A stretch of DNA of 64,000 nt, from contig JACPUC010000030.1 in assembly GCA_016192455.1 (NCBI GenBank), positions 1-64,000 on the forward strand, read 5' to 3'. The stretch's first letter is position 1; each line of letters opens with the position of its first letter. Source of the DNA: Candidatus Tectimicrobiota bacterium (GTDB lineage Bacteria; JACPUC01). Below the pieces are notes generated by a model. It searched no databases and was not told where the DNA came from. It saw only the letters and a list, made by a program, of their open reading frames with translations. Shown piece after piece: positions 9,781 to 19,266 of this stretch. The translations under genes and the position numbers were made by a program.

Positions 9781-9956
9781 GTGACGAATCTCCCGCCCCG
9801 GGCGGCCGCCGAGCCGGCCCTGACTCGAAAGACAGCGCTTCGTCCCCCGCGACCGGGCGCCGCGGAGCCGGAGATTCCCGCCGCGCGACACCCCTCGGGA
9901 CGCCCCAATACCTCCCTGCAACCTCCCCGCCGCGTCGGGCACCGCCGGCCTCGCGC

Positions 9957-10541
9957 TTACTTCCCGCCCTCGCCAAGGTACTGGCGCACCCGCTGGAGGA
10001 AGCCGTCGAGCGACAACTCGTCGGCGCCGCCTTCGCCGCCCGCCGCCACGATCTTCTTGGTTTTGGGGTCGAGGAGATCGACGCTCGAATTGATCGCCCG
10101 CACCCTCTTGGCGCCGCCGCCGGGATCAGCCACGACTCGGAACACCCCCTGGGATAACCCATAGATGAGATGCTCCCCGGCCTGCGTCTTGTGGAGGAAG
10201 AGGACAGCCTCCTCTTCCGGGGCGAGGGTCGGCGTGCCGGTGACTTTCATCACCAGCTTGCCGACGGTTCCCCCAAGCTGGCGGATGGTGAGGCTCTTCC
10301 GCCCCTCGCCCTTGAGAGTCTCGCTGACATCAACGGTGAGGTAGGTGTAGATTTTGCCCTTCTCCTCATCCCAGACGCTCCGCACGGTCTTGAACTTCCC
10401 CACCACGATTGCGTCTGCGTTGAGCGTCAGCTCCTTCAGGCTGTACCTCACCATGGTCGTCGCGGCTGCCGGCAGCGCCAGAAACGCCAGCATCCCCAGG
10501 ATGCAGCTCAGGGAGACCCCGATCCTCATGCTCCGCCCCAT
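9957..10541 (-). CDS. Secreted hypothetical beta-rich protein
   Basis: Signal peptide (…LAFLALPAAA); SLKELTLNADAIVVG…IYTY…VSETLKG…GGTVG…EEAVLFL pattern; GC3-rich coding-like codon usage. Confidence 0.7.
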   Translation of the reverse strand: MGRSMRIGVSLSCILGMLAFLALPAAATTMVRYSLKELTLNADAIVVGKFKTVRSVWDEEKGKIYTYLTVDVSETLKGEGRKSLTIRQLGGTVGKLVMKVTGTPTLAPEEEAVLFLHKTQAGEHLIYGLSQGVFRVVADPGGGAKRVRAINSSVDLLDPKTKKIVAAGGEGGADELSLDGFLQRVRQYLGEGGK

Positions 10542-10642
10542 AGGTCGTTCCTTTCACCTCATGCAACGAACCGACACCTTGCAGGGCCGGCAGTGCAGCG
10601 TCGTGCCCAACCAGCTCGGCGGCGACACCGAGGAGCCTCCGT

Positions 10643-11380
10643 TCAGGTGTAGATGCCGCCATCGACCTGCACCACGGCGCCGGTCATGTAGCTCGCCATG
10701 GCGGAGGCCAGGAAGACCGCCGCCGAAGCGACCTCCTCGGGCCGCCCGGTGCGTTGCAGGGGGATGGCGCCGAGGTCCACCCCTTTGGCGATGAAGGCGG
10801 CGGTCATGTCGGTCTCGATGAGGCCCGGCGCCAGCGCGTTGACGCGGATTCCCCAGTGCCCCACCTCCTGGGCGAGGGACTTCGTGAAGGCGATGATGCC
10901 GGCCTTCGAGGCGGCGTAGTTCGTCTGACCCTTGCGGCCGCTGAGGCCGGCGATGGAGGAGACGTTGACGATGGCGCCGCTGCGCTGGCGGATCATCTGC
11001 TTCACCACGGCGCGGCTCCACAGGTAGAGTCCCCGCAGATTGGTCGTGATCACCTCGTCCCAGGCTTCCTCGGACATCATGGGGAGGAGGGCGTCGCGCG
11101 TCACCCCGGCATTGTTCACCAGCACGTCAATGGTTCCGAACTCCGCCGTCACCGCCTCCGCCGTGGCGCGGATGGCCTCCGCATCGTTGGCGGGCGCGCA
11201 GCGCGCCGCGGCGCTGCCGCCCTCCCCGCGGATCAGCTCGCACACCTGGCGGGCCGCCTCGGCGTTGCGGTGGTACGTGAGGACAACCTTGGCGCCCTCG
11301 CGGCCATAGGCAACGGCGATGGCTCTGCCGATCCCCCGGGAGCCGCCGGTGACGATGGCCGTTTTCCCCTCCAGCAACAT
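10643..11380 (-). CDS. fabG: 3-oxoacyl-ACP reductase
   Basis: TGGSRGIG, NNAGVTRD, YAASK catalytic motif, PGLIETDM. Confidence 0.92.
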   Translation of the reverse strand: MLLEGKTAIVTGGSRGIGRAIAVAYGREGAKVVLTYHRNAEAARQVCELIRGEGGSAAARCAPANDAEAIRATAEAVTAEFGTIDVLVNNAGVTRDALLPMMSEEAWDEVITTNLRGLYLWSRAVVKQMIRQRSGAIVNVSSIAGLSGRKGQTNYAASKAGIIAFTKSLAQEVGHWGIRVNALAPGLIETDMTAAFIAKGVDLGAIPLQRTGRPEEVASAAVFLASAMASYMTGAVVQVDGGIYT

Positions 11381-11427
11381 GCGGCTCCCTCCCTCCTTGC
11401 CGGTCTCAAGGGCGGCGGCGCCGGCGC

Positions 11428-11706
11428 TCAGACGCCCTGCCCTTCCTTCAGCTTCTTGATCAGGCGCGCCAGGGTATCGACAGAGTAAAACTGCGCAATC
11501 GTCTCCTCGTCTTCCTTGATCCCCACCCCGAACTCCGATTCAATCCCGACAATAATCTCCAGGGCCTCAATGGAATCGAGACCTAGGCCCCCCTCTTCCT
11601 CCCCAAACAAGGGCTGCTTGTCGCCGATCTCCTGCGGCGAGATCTTCATCCGGATGCGTCGCACGATGAGGTCCTTCAGCGCTTTCTTGATGGTTTTCAG
11701 ATGCAT
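11428..11706 (-). CDS. Acyl carrier protein (LFG..GLGLDS type)
   Basis: 92 aa, acidic, GLGLDSIEALE phosphopantetheine site; start overlaps the upstream gene's end. Confidence 0.9.
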   Translation of the reverse strand: MHLKTIKKALKDLIVRRIRMKISPQEIGDKQPLFGEEEGGLGLDSIEALEIIVGIESEFGVGIKEDEETIAQFYSVDTLARLIKKLKEGQGV

Positions 11707-12998
11707 TGCTCGTCTCTCACCGGCGCTGCTGCTGCAATGACGACGCTGCTGCTGGCGCCGCCGAACGCGGCGCTGTGGCAGAGGAGGCTCCGTATCGAAG
11801 CAGCGCGCGGCACATTCGGCACGTAGTCCAGATCGCACCCGGGGTCGGGTTCCTGATAGTTGAGCGTGGCCGGGATTATACCTGTGTCCAGGGCGAAAAG
11901 CCCAGCCGCAAGTTGAAACAGCCCGGCGGCGGCGCCCGTCTCGCCGCAGGCCGACTTCGGGCAGGTGACGGGGATACGCGCCGCCCGCGCTCCGAGCACC
12001 GCTTTCAGGGCCTCGGTTTCCGCGGCGTCGAAGGCAGGCGTCGAGTTGGCGGCCGCGACGATGAGGTCAAGGTCGCCTGGGGAGCAATCCGCCTCGCGCA
12101 GGGCCGCCTGCATCGATCCGATCATGCCGCGCCCGTCCGGATGCAGCGCCCGGGGCTGCCGCGCGGCGTGGGAGGAGCCGCAGCCGGCGACCAGCCCAGC
12201 CACGTTTGCACGACGGGCGGCGGCATGCCGCTGCGTCTCCAGGACAACGGCGGCGGCCCCCTCGCCAAGGAGGAGACCTTTCCGGCGCGCATCGCAGGGG
12301 CAGGAACGCTGCGTTTCCCGGCGGCCGGAGGGGAGGAGCCGAAGCTGCGCGAAGATGCGCAGGAGGATGGCGGAGAGCTCCTCGGCGGCCACCACGAGGG
12401 CGCAGTCGATCCGTCCCAGGCGCAGGGACATGGCCGCCAGCTCCACGGCGGCAAGCCCGGAGGTGGAGCCGCTGACGAGCACGACGCTGGGGCCGGTGAG
12501 CTGCAACCGCAGGTTGATCTCCCCCGCCAGGGCCACGTAGGTGGTGTTCTGAAACTTCAGCGGGCTGACGACCGCGGCGCCCTGCGAGAAGAGATTGAGC
12601 AGGAACGCTTCCGCATCTTCGGTGGCCCCGAACCAGGTCCCCGCGAAGACGCCGATGCGGCTGGGATCGAGCTGGGCCAGCTCCAGGCGCGCGCTGGCGA
12701 TCGCCTCGTCCGCCGCCAGCACGGCGAACTGAACGAGGCGCGGCAGGCGGCAGAAGCGGTCGCTCGCATCGTAGTCCTGCGGCGCGAAGCCGCGCACCTC
12801 ACCCGCCAGGGTGCAGCGGATCGACCCCGGGTCGAAGCGCTCGATGGGCCGGATGCCGTCCTCCGCCGCGCGCAGCGCCTCGCGCCAACGGGCGCGCCCG
12901 ACGCCGAACGGCGACACGATGCCCATTCCCGTGATGGCAACCGCGGCGGCGTGGCGGGGGTCGGAGGCCGGAGAGCTGCGCGAGGCGGCGCGCTTCAT
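11697..12998 (-). CDS. Ketosynthase-fold protein lacking catalytic Cys/His (chain-length-factor-like)
   Basis: Full FabF-like fold but VSGSTSG (no Cys), AANSTP and GETGAA (no His); ATGA overlap with upstream KS at 12995-12998. Confidence 0.8.
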   Translation of the reverse strand: MKRAASRSSPASDPRHAAAVAITGMGIVSPFGVGRARWREALRAAEDGIRPIERFDPGSIRCTLAGEVRGFAPQDYDASDRFCRLPRLVQFAVLAADEAIASARLELAQLDPSRIGVFAGTWFGATEDAEAFLLNLFSQGAAVVSPLKFQNTTYVALAGEINLRLQLTGPSVVLVSGSTSGLAAVELAAMSLRLGRIDCALVVAAEELSAILLRIFAQLRLLPSGRRETQRSCPCDARRKGLLLGEGAAAVVLETQRHAAARRANVAGLVAGCGSSHAARQPRALHPDGRGMIGSMQAALREADCSPGDLDLIVAAANSTPAFDAAETEALKAVLGARAARIPVTCPKSACGETGAAAGLFQLAAGLFALDTGIIPATLNYQEPDPGCDLDYVPNVPRAASIRSLLCHSAAFGGASSSVVIAAAAPVRDEQCI

Positions 12999-14293
12999 AC
13001 CGAGGCCCCTCCGGGAGGCTCCGCCGCGGTCCAGGGATGGCGGGGGAGCTCGGCGCAGGTCATGAAGACGAGGCAGACATTGTTCCCCCCGAAGCCGAAG
13101 GAGTTGGAGAGGGCGATGTGAATTGGTTGCCGACGCGCCACATTCGGCACGTAGTCGAGGTCGCACGCCGGATCGGGGGTCTCGTAGTTGATCGTGGGAG
13201 GCACAAAACCGCAGCGCATCGCCAGGATCGTGGCGATAGCCTCGAGCGCTCCGGCAGCCCCCAGGGTATGCCCCAGCATCGATTTCGTCGAGCTGATGGG
13301 AACTCCGTAGGCGGCGTCTCCGAAGACTGCCTTGATGGCGCGCGTTTCGGCGGCATCGTTCAACTGCGTCGCCGTGCCGTGGGCGTTGATGTACTGCACG
13401 GCGGCGGCATCGACGCCCGCGTCCTGAAGGGCGAGGTGCATGGCCCGCGCCGCGCCGCGGCCTTCCTTGTCGGGGGCGGTCATGTGGTAGGCGTCGCAGC
13501 TCAGGCCGTAGCCGGCCAGCTCGCAGTAGGCCATGGCCCGTCGGCGGCGGGCATGGTCGAAGCTCTCCAGGAGCAGCACCCCCGCGCCCTCTCCAAGGGA
13601 GAAGCCGCTGCGATGCTTATCGAAGGGGCGGATGCGCTCCTTCGTGAGCGCCTTGAGGACGCCAAAGCCGGCGAGCGTCAAGCGCGTCATGGGGTCGACG
13701 CCGACGGCCAAAATCACCGCGGCCTTGCCGCAGCGGATCACATCGACAGCCTGGCCGATGGCCATGGCCCCGGCTGAACAGGCAGTCGACACCGCGAAGC
13801 TCGGGCCGCGGAAGCCGAACTCCGCCGCCAGGTGATCGTTCACCGCATGGGGGGGGAAGGCGCAGAGGCGGGCGGCGTCCCTCGCCCGCCCACCACGGCG
13901 AAGGTAGTCTTCAGCGCCGAGCATGCCGCCAAGCGTGCTGCCTGTGACGAGCCCCCGCCGCTGCGCGGTCTCATCCGCGGCGGACTCGGCGGCGGACAGC
14001 GGCAGGCCGGCATCCCGCACAGCTTGCTCCGCCGCCAACTGCGCCAGCCACGAGGCGCGGTCAAGATCGCCGCCGGGACGTCTCCGCGTGCCGCGCTTGG
14101 CCCGCCGGCCTGGCGATCGGCGGGCAGCGTCCACCTCGCCGCCGTTCGAGGTTCGATAGCCGCTGGTATCGAAGGCCGTGATCGGGCGGATGCCCGATCG
14201 ACCAGCGTACAACCCCTCTGCAAAGGAAACCGTGTCATTTCCCAAGGAGGAGATTACGCCGAGTCCCGTGACCACCACGCGCTGAGCACTCAT
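12995..14293 (-). CDS. Beta-ketoacyl-ACP synthase (FabF/type II PKS KS-like), catalytically intact
   Basis: STACSAG, INAHGTAT, LGHTLG, NSFGFGGNN. Confidence 0.9.
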   Translation of the reverse strand: MSAQRVVVTGLGVISSLGNDTVSFAEGLYAGRSGIRPITAFDTSGYRTSNGGEVDAARRSPGRRAKRGTRRRPGGDLDRASWLAQLAAEQAVRDAGLPLSAAESAADETAQRRGLVTGSTLGGMLGAEDYLRRGGRARDAARLCAFPPHAVNDHLAAEFGFRGPSFAVSTACSAGAMAIGQAVDVIRCGKAAVILAVGVDPMTRLTLAGFGVLKALTKERIRPFDKHRSGFSLGEGAGVLLLESFDHARRRRAMAYCELAGYGLSCDAYHMTAPDKEGRGAARAMHLALQDAGVDAAAVQYINAHGTATQLNDAAETRAIKAVFGDAAYGVPISSTKSMLGHTLGAAGALEAIATILAMRCGFVPPTINYETPDPACDLDYVPNVARRQPIHIALSNSFGFGGNNVCLVFMTCAELPRHPWTAAEPPGGASV

Positions 14294-14840
14294 CGTCGGA
14301 GGCTAGTGACCAGGATGTACCTAACACAGGGCTGCTGCCGCGTCCTTGCGAGCTGATCATTGAGTGACCGCGGCAGCGGGCGAATCCTCTCCACGCCTAA
14401 CCGGGAGAAGGAACCAGGGGATGATGCGGATACCATACACCACGCCGCCCCGCCATGGAAGAGCGGCCGGGCCGGTGGGGAACCGCGCCCCACACCCGGG
14501 GCTGCGCCTTCTGCGAGAGCTGCCCCCGGCGCGCATGGGGAGGAAATCGCCCGCCGGCTGGCGGGCAAGGGAGACGGGCCTTGCCTGTCTGCGCCTGCCC
14601 CGCGGCGGGGGAGGCAGGTGCTCCGCGCAGGCAGGCAGGAGCAAGAGAGGAGGCGGAAAGGAACGCTCGGCTCAGGCGAGCCGAGCGGCAGGGAGCGCCC
14701 GCGATGTCGCTGGACCGTTCGCGCAGGCGACGAAGGGCTGCGAATTCGCAGGGCTCGAATCGTCGGTAAGCGCCGCCAGCGGAACTGAAGACAAGGCAGC
14801 AGGGGAATCTCGGATTCCTTCCCCACCGTCTGCCGGGAGC

Positions 14841-14975
14841 CGCACCCCTTTGCGCGAGCTGCCGCGCAGCTCACAGGGACTGGGGGTGCCTGCCCGCCAC
14901 TGCCTACCTCCGCCGGCACGGCAGACAGGATGTGGCGCGAGGCAGGCGGGGGAGCCAGGGCCCCCCCACAAGAAC
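14841..14975 (-). repeat. Copy of dispersed palindromic repeat family
   Basis: Reverse complement reads GTTCTTGTGGGGGGGCCCTGGCTCCCCCGCC…GGGGTGCG, matching 36478-36560. Confidence 0.6.
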
Positions 14976-15036
14976 TCCCCCTCCCGATGCCGCGAGCAAC
15001 GCATCGAATTCATCAGCGATCGTAGGAGACGCGACG

Positions 15037-16932
15037 CTAGGCGCTGGCCAGGGCCTTGCTGCAGGCGGCGCGAATGCGCTCGAGGTCGTCGGTGTAGAGC
15101 AACCCCAGCTTCGTCAGCAGTTGGCGCAACGCCTGGCTGGTGCTGTTCAGATCGACCTGCACGATGTTCGGCAGAGTGAATCGCTGGGCGTCGAGTTTCC
15201 CCAGGTGGCGGGTGATTTGAGGCAGGAGGTGTTCCTTCACCTTCTCCCAGTCCTCCTTGATGGGGAGGATGAGCAAGTCCACCTGGTTGCGCAGGGCGTG
15301 CAGGGCGTGGGCCACGCTCTCGGCTCGCCGCGCCTCGGCGCTCTCCGGTCGTCTCGCCGCGTGTTCTGGTTCATTCTCGCGCCGCGCCGTGCCGGTCATG
15401 CGTTGGTAAAGTACCTTGATGCCGAGCTCGGAGAAGAACGTCTCCATCGCCCTCCCCAGCGGGGTTGAGCGCGCCAGTTCGGTCACCGCCACCTGCTTGA
15501 GGCTGCCCGTGGCCGCGCCGACCAGTTGCTTCGATTCTTCGTAAAGCTGTTCCTTCAAGCTGGTGACGTATTCTTGTTCTTGATTGGATTTGGCCCAGCT
15601 TCTCAGCAGGCGCTTGGCGGTGAACTTCAAGCCGGCATCATAGAAGTCGCGCCGGGCCAGTCGGTTGAAGATCGATCCCCAGGAGTAGAAGCGGCGCATC
15701 GCCCCGATCGTTTCGGTCTGCAGTTCGTAGGGCGTTATTCCCGCGGGTCGATGCACGGCGTGGTGGCCGTCGAAGTGGCCCCAGTGCTTCGACAAGAACT
15801 CACGGCCCTGCTTCACGAAGGTGGCGTAATCACGCGAGCCGGGAATCGGCGTCAGGATCATGAACTGGATGCTGTCGATATTCCAGCGGCGGGCGAAGTC
15901 CTGCGTCTGCCGGATGGTCTCAACGCTGTCCTCGTCCGAGCCGAGGACGAACATGCCGTGGATTTTGATGTCGTGCTGATGAAGGGCGCGGATCGCGTGC
16001 TCGATGTTTTCCACGGTTTCATGCTTGTTGAAGAGATCGAGGGTCTGCTGGTTGATCGACTCGAAGCCTACGAAGGCGCGCCCGCAATTCGCCCGCTTCA
16101 TCAGCTCGAGCAGCTCGGGGTCGCGCGACAGCTCATGGCGCACCTGAGCGCCCCAGCGCGGGGTCAGCTTGTTGTCGATCATGCCGGTGAGGATTTCCTT
16201 CATGCGTTTGCGGTTCACATTGAAGATATCGTCGGCGAAGAAGAGGTAATCGATCCCCTGCCGCCGCACGTTGAAGGCGATCTCCTCCAGCACGCGGTCG
16301 ACCGAGTGGGCCCGCGAGCCCTTGCCATTGAACGTGGGCACGGAGCAGAAGGAGCAATCGAAGGGGCAACCCCGCGCCGTCATGATCGAGGCCACCTTGA
16401 TGCGTTTGGCCCCCCCACGGAGCAGCGAGTAATCGGCGATGGGGTTGTCGTCCAGGTTTGTCTTCAACGGGCGGTCCTGGTTGTGCACCTTCTCGCCATC
16501 GGCCCAGTAGCTCAGCCCGCGGATGGCGCTGCGGTCGCGATCCCCCTCCAGGGCCTCGAGCAACTCGACGATCGTCTCTTCCCCCTCGCCGCGCACCAGG
16601 TAGTCGGCCTCATCGAGCCCCTCATCCGGCAGGAAGGTGACATGCGTTCCCCCCATCACCACCGGGATGCCCGCGCGCCGCGCCAGCCGGGCAAGCTCAT
16701 AGGCGCGGGGCACGGTGGAGGTCAAGGCCGACAGCCCCACCAGATCGGCCGAGAGGAAGTCCTGCATGTCAACCGCACCCAGCTCTTCAATGTAGACGCT
16801 TACGTCGTAGCCCCGATCGCGCAGGATGGTTCCCAGCAGGACCGAACCGATGCGGGGAAACGGCACGTGGCTGTAAACATGAAGATAGGCGGATTTCGTC
16901 TCGACGAACACGATCTTCTTGATACGCTTCAT
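15037..16932 (-). CDS. B12-binding-domain radical SAM protein with an extra C-terminal domain
   Basis: N-terminal cobalamin-binding-like DLVGLSALT…VVMGGTH; CPFDCSFC radical SAM motif; FFADDIF, GFESIN, TPIPGS; ATG at 16932 after AGAAGGA. Confidence 0.9.
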   Translation of the reverse strand: MKRIKKIVFVETKSAYLHVYSHVPFPRIGSVLLGTILRDRGYDVSVYIEELGAVDMQDFLSADLVGLSALTSTVPRAYELARLARRAGIPVVMGGTHVTFLPDEGLDEADYLVRGEGEETIVELLEALEGDRDRSAIRGLSYWADGEKVHNQDRPLKTNLDDNPIADYSLLRGGAKRIKVASIMTARGCPFDCSFCSVPTFNGKGSRAHSVDRVLEEIAFNVRRQGIDYLFFADDIFNVNRKRMKEILTGMIDNKLTPRWGAQVRHELSRDPELLELMKRANCGRAFVGFESINQQTLDLFNKHETVENIEHAIRALHQHDIKIHGMFVLGSDEDSVETIRQTQDFARRWNIDSIQFMILTPIPGSRDYATFVKQGREFLSKHWGHFDGHHAVHRPAGITPYELQTETIGAMRRFYSWGSIFNRLARRDFYDAGLKFTAKRLLRSWAKSNQEQEYVTSLKEQLYEESKQLVGAATGSLKQVAVTELARSTPLGRAMETFFSELGIKVLYQRMTGTARRENEPEHAARRPESAEARRAESVAHALHALRNQVDLLILPIKEDWEKVKEHLLPQITRHLGKLDAQRFTLPNIVQVDLNSTSQALRQLLTKLGLLYTDDLERIRAACSKALASA

Positions 16933-17771
16933 GAACCGTCCTTCTCGTGTGCTGTACCGCCGAAGGACGCGACCACCGCAAAGCCCCTGCTGCAAGCGCA
17001 TCTCAACGCCTGCCGCTTGGCTTGCTGCGTGGTCATGTCCGGTTCCTTGAGGAATAGAACCCCCGCCGATGCCGATGTTGGGCTGCGAAGAGCACTCCTG
17101 GCACGCCTCGGCGCCCGCCGGGGCCTGAGCGAATCAGGCCACCAAGAGCCACCCGCGGGGATAGGCGGACGAGGTCAAATGAGGTGCGACAGGGCGGCGT
17201 GACCGCCGCGTGCACAGACTGATGAACTATGGCACGAAACGTCGCCTGCCGCAACCCCTAATAGCCGCCCAGGTGCGAGGCCCCGATCGCCGCCGACACC
17301 ATGACGAGGCGGGCCGGCCTCGGCCTGTTCGTGTGCTGCCTTGCCGGCGGTGGCTGGCAGGCCAGGAGACGCGCCCCGTGATTGCATCTCGGCAAGGCGG
17401 TCACCTACGCGTCGAGTTTGTCCGCCGAGGTCCCGAGGTCCTGCTTTTCACCAACCTCATCCGTCGGGCGCCTCGCTGCAGAGTGGCGCGCAGACCTTCT
17501 AGCGGCGAGCGGCCGCTCAGGTCTCAACGCGGTCACGAGTGGGGCGTTCGGGGTGGGGAAGGAATGGGTGTGGTTTGGCGGCATGTTGCTCAGGACCCGC
17601 CGTGGCATGCTGCCCGTCAAGATCACGGGCAACGGCTGCCCTCCAGGGAGGCCGCGCCTCTCCTGGAGGCGAACCGCGCTTGCGTGCCACACCGCTGCCG
17701 CAACGGCGAGGCGCGGCGCCGCGCGGCCGCCTGCGCGCTGTTGATGTGTGTCGGGTAAGGAAGGAGTTAAG

Positions 17772-17848
17772 TGGGGTGGACGAAGGGATTTGAACCCTCG
17801 ACCACTGGAGCCACAATCCAGTGCTCTGCCAGCTGAGCTACGTCCACC
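17772..17848 (-). tRNA. tRNA-His (GTG)
   Basis: GGTGGACGTAGCTCAGCTGGCAGAGCACTGGATTGTGGCTCCAGTGGTCGAGGGTTCAAATCCCTTCGTCCACCCCA; GTG anticodon, G-1, encoded CCA. Confidence 0.97.
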
Positions 17849-18464
17849 ACTGCGCGCTCGACCGATTGACGCCGTTGCTTCCTCGCAGGGAACCTGCATA
17901 TGGAGAGAGGACCTGCCCCTGGAAAGGTGGGCGAACCACTTCTCGCGAAGTGATTCTCATACCTAGGATACATGAGGCGTGTGGCGTTGTCGAGTGCTTT
18001 CGAGGTCGCTGCGTGTCAGCAAGAGAGCCTGGGGGCGGGGGCCGTCCGCTGCCGCTCCGGCGGAAGGAAATGGCGCCACGGTCGCGCCGATCCGTCAGCC
18101 GCCGGCTTCGAAGCCCATAGGTGGAGCTGTACAATCCTGGCCGATGAGCGGTAAAGTACAACGTTCGGCCAGGTGGTCAGGTTGGGCGGAGGCCGCGTCA
18201 CGGGGGTCACCCGGGGGTGGCGGTGGAAGTTTGACTTTCCCCGCGCTAGCGCCGAGAGGGCTTCAGCGCCAGCCCCGGTGACCTGCGGCGTGGAGGTGAC
18301 CGCATCACCCGAGGCGCGCGCCCGGTGGAAGCTCCGCCGCCGTTGAGGCAGGTACTTCGCCCAAGACCACGCTGCTCCGGCTGACGGATTCTCTGGCGGT
18401 CTGATCAAGTAGGAGGTTGTGCCCGGCAATCAGTTCCCTGCGGCTCGTGAAGGAGAAGAAACGA

Positions 18465-19025
18465 ATGGCTCAAGCGAAGATTCTGGCGATCTGTGGCAGC
18501 CTGCGGAAAGCGTCGTTCAATCGGAGAATTCTCGCCTTTGCGGTGCAAGGCGCGAGAGAGGCTGGGGGCGAGGTGGAGGAGTGCGACCTTGATCTGCCGC
18601 TGTACAACGGCGACATTGAGGCGCAGGGCCTGCCGCCCAAGGTCGTGGCGCTGCGCGACAAGATCGCCGCTGCCGATGGCCTGCTCATTGCCGCGCCGGA
18701 GAATAACCACGGGCTGAGCGCGGCGCTGAAGAACGCCATCGACTGGGCCTCGCGGCCCCCGAGCGTCTGGCCAGGGAAAGTTGCGGCATCCTGTGGAGCG
18801 ACGTCGGGGCTGTTCGGCACCGTGCGCGCCTCGATCCAGCTTCGCACCACGCTGGCGGCCGTGCAAGTAACCCTGCTGCCCCAGCACGTCTGGGTCTCCC
18901 AGGTGCACAAGAAGTTTGATGATCAAGAGAAGTTCGGCGATACCGAGGCGATTCAGAAGCTCAAAGAGCTTGGCGCCCTGCTGGTGAAGACGGTGGGGGT
19001 GACGGCCGTGGCGGTGGCATCGTAA
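18465..19025 (+). CDS. NADPH-dependent FMN reductase (flavodoxin-like fold)
   Basis: GSLRKASFN, LPLYNGDIE, PENNHG…LKNAIDWASR motifs; AAGGAG upstream. Confidence 0.9.
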   Translation: MAQAKILAICGSLRKASFNRRILAFAVQGAREAGGEVEECDLDLPLYNGDIEAQGLPPKVVALRDKIAAADGLLIAAPENNHGLSAALKNAIDWASRPPSVWPGKVAASCGATSGLFGTVRASIQLRTTLAAVQVTLLPQHVWVSQVHKKFDDQEKFGDTEAIQKLKELGALLVKTVGVTAVAVAS

Positions 19026-19148
19026 AGGGGGCTGTCGGCGAGATGATCGCCAGGGGTGCTGCGCGGGCGCCCGACCGCGCAAGGGAACATGTGGGCACCC
19101 GGCAACTCCGAGTCAAATGGGCGTCAACTAAGCTCGCCAGGCCAAAGT

Positions 19149-19193
19149 CACAATATGTTGTGGTTGCAGCGCTAAGGACGCCTATATAGGGAG
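19149..19193. promoter_or_regulatory. NrdR-box-like motif pair (orphan)
   Basis: CACAATATGTTGTG palindrome at 19149 and weaker CGCCTATATAGG ~30 bp later; no nrd gene adjacent. Confidence 0.3.
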
Positions 19194-19266
19194 GGTGAGC
19201 GCCAGCCCAATCAAATAGCCATCAAATAGTGAGCAAATAGGCGTTTGGCTCGCCTCGCTCCCGGTT

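Noticed and set aside
6855-14293. Housekeeping fab operon
   Set aside because: No fabD/fabH/plsX/rpmF; the duplicated KS with catalytically dead partners and the atypical ACP point to a specialised pathway
6879-17202. Long plus-strand ORFs over the KS cluster and radical SAM gene (e.g. 6879-8543, 11706-13121, 15526-17202)
   Set aside because: Antisense to motif-bearing genes, with no recognisable motifs of their own
16933-17771. Possible genes between the radical SAM gene and tRNA-His
   Set aside because: Candidate ORFs are Arg/Pro/Ala-rich with no motif or clear RBS; cannot be supported
17772-17848. tRNA-His as attachment site of an integrated island
   Set aside because: No integrase, and I found no duplicate of the tRNA 3' end in the window
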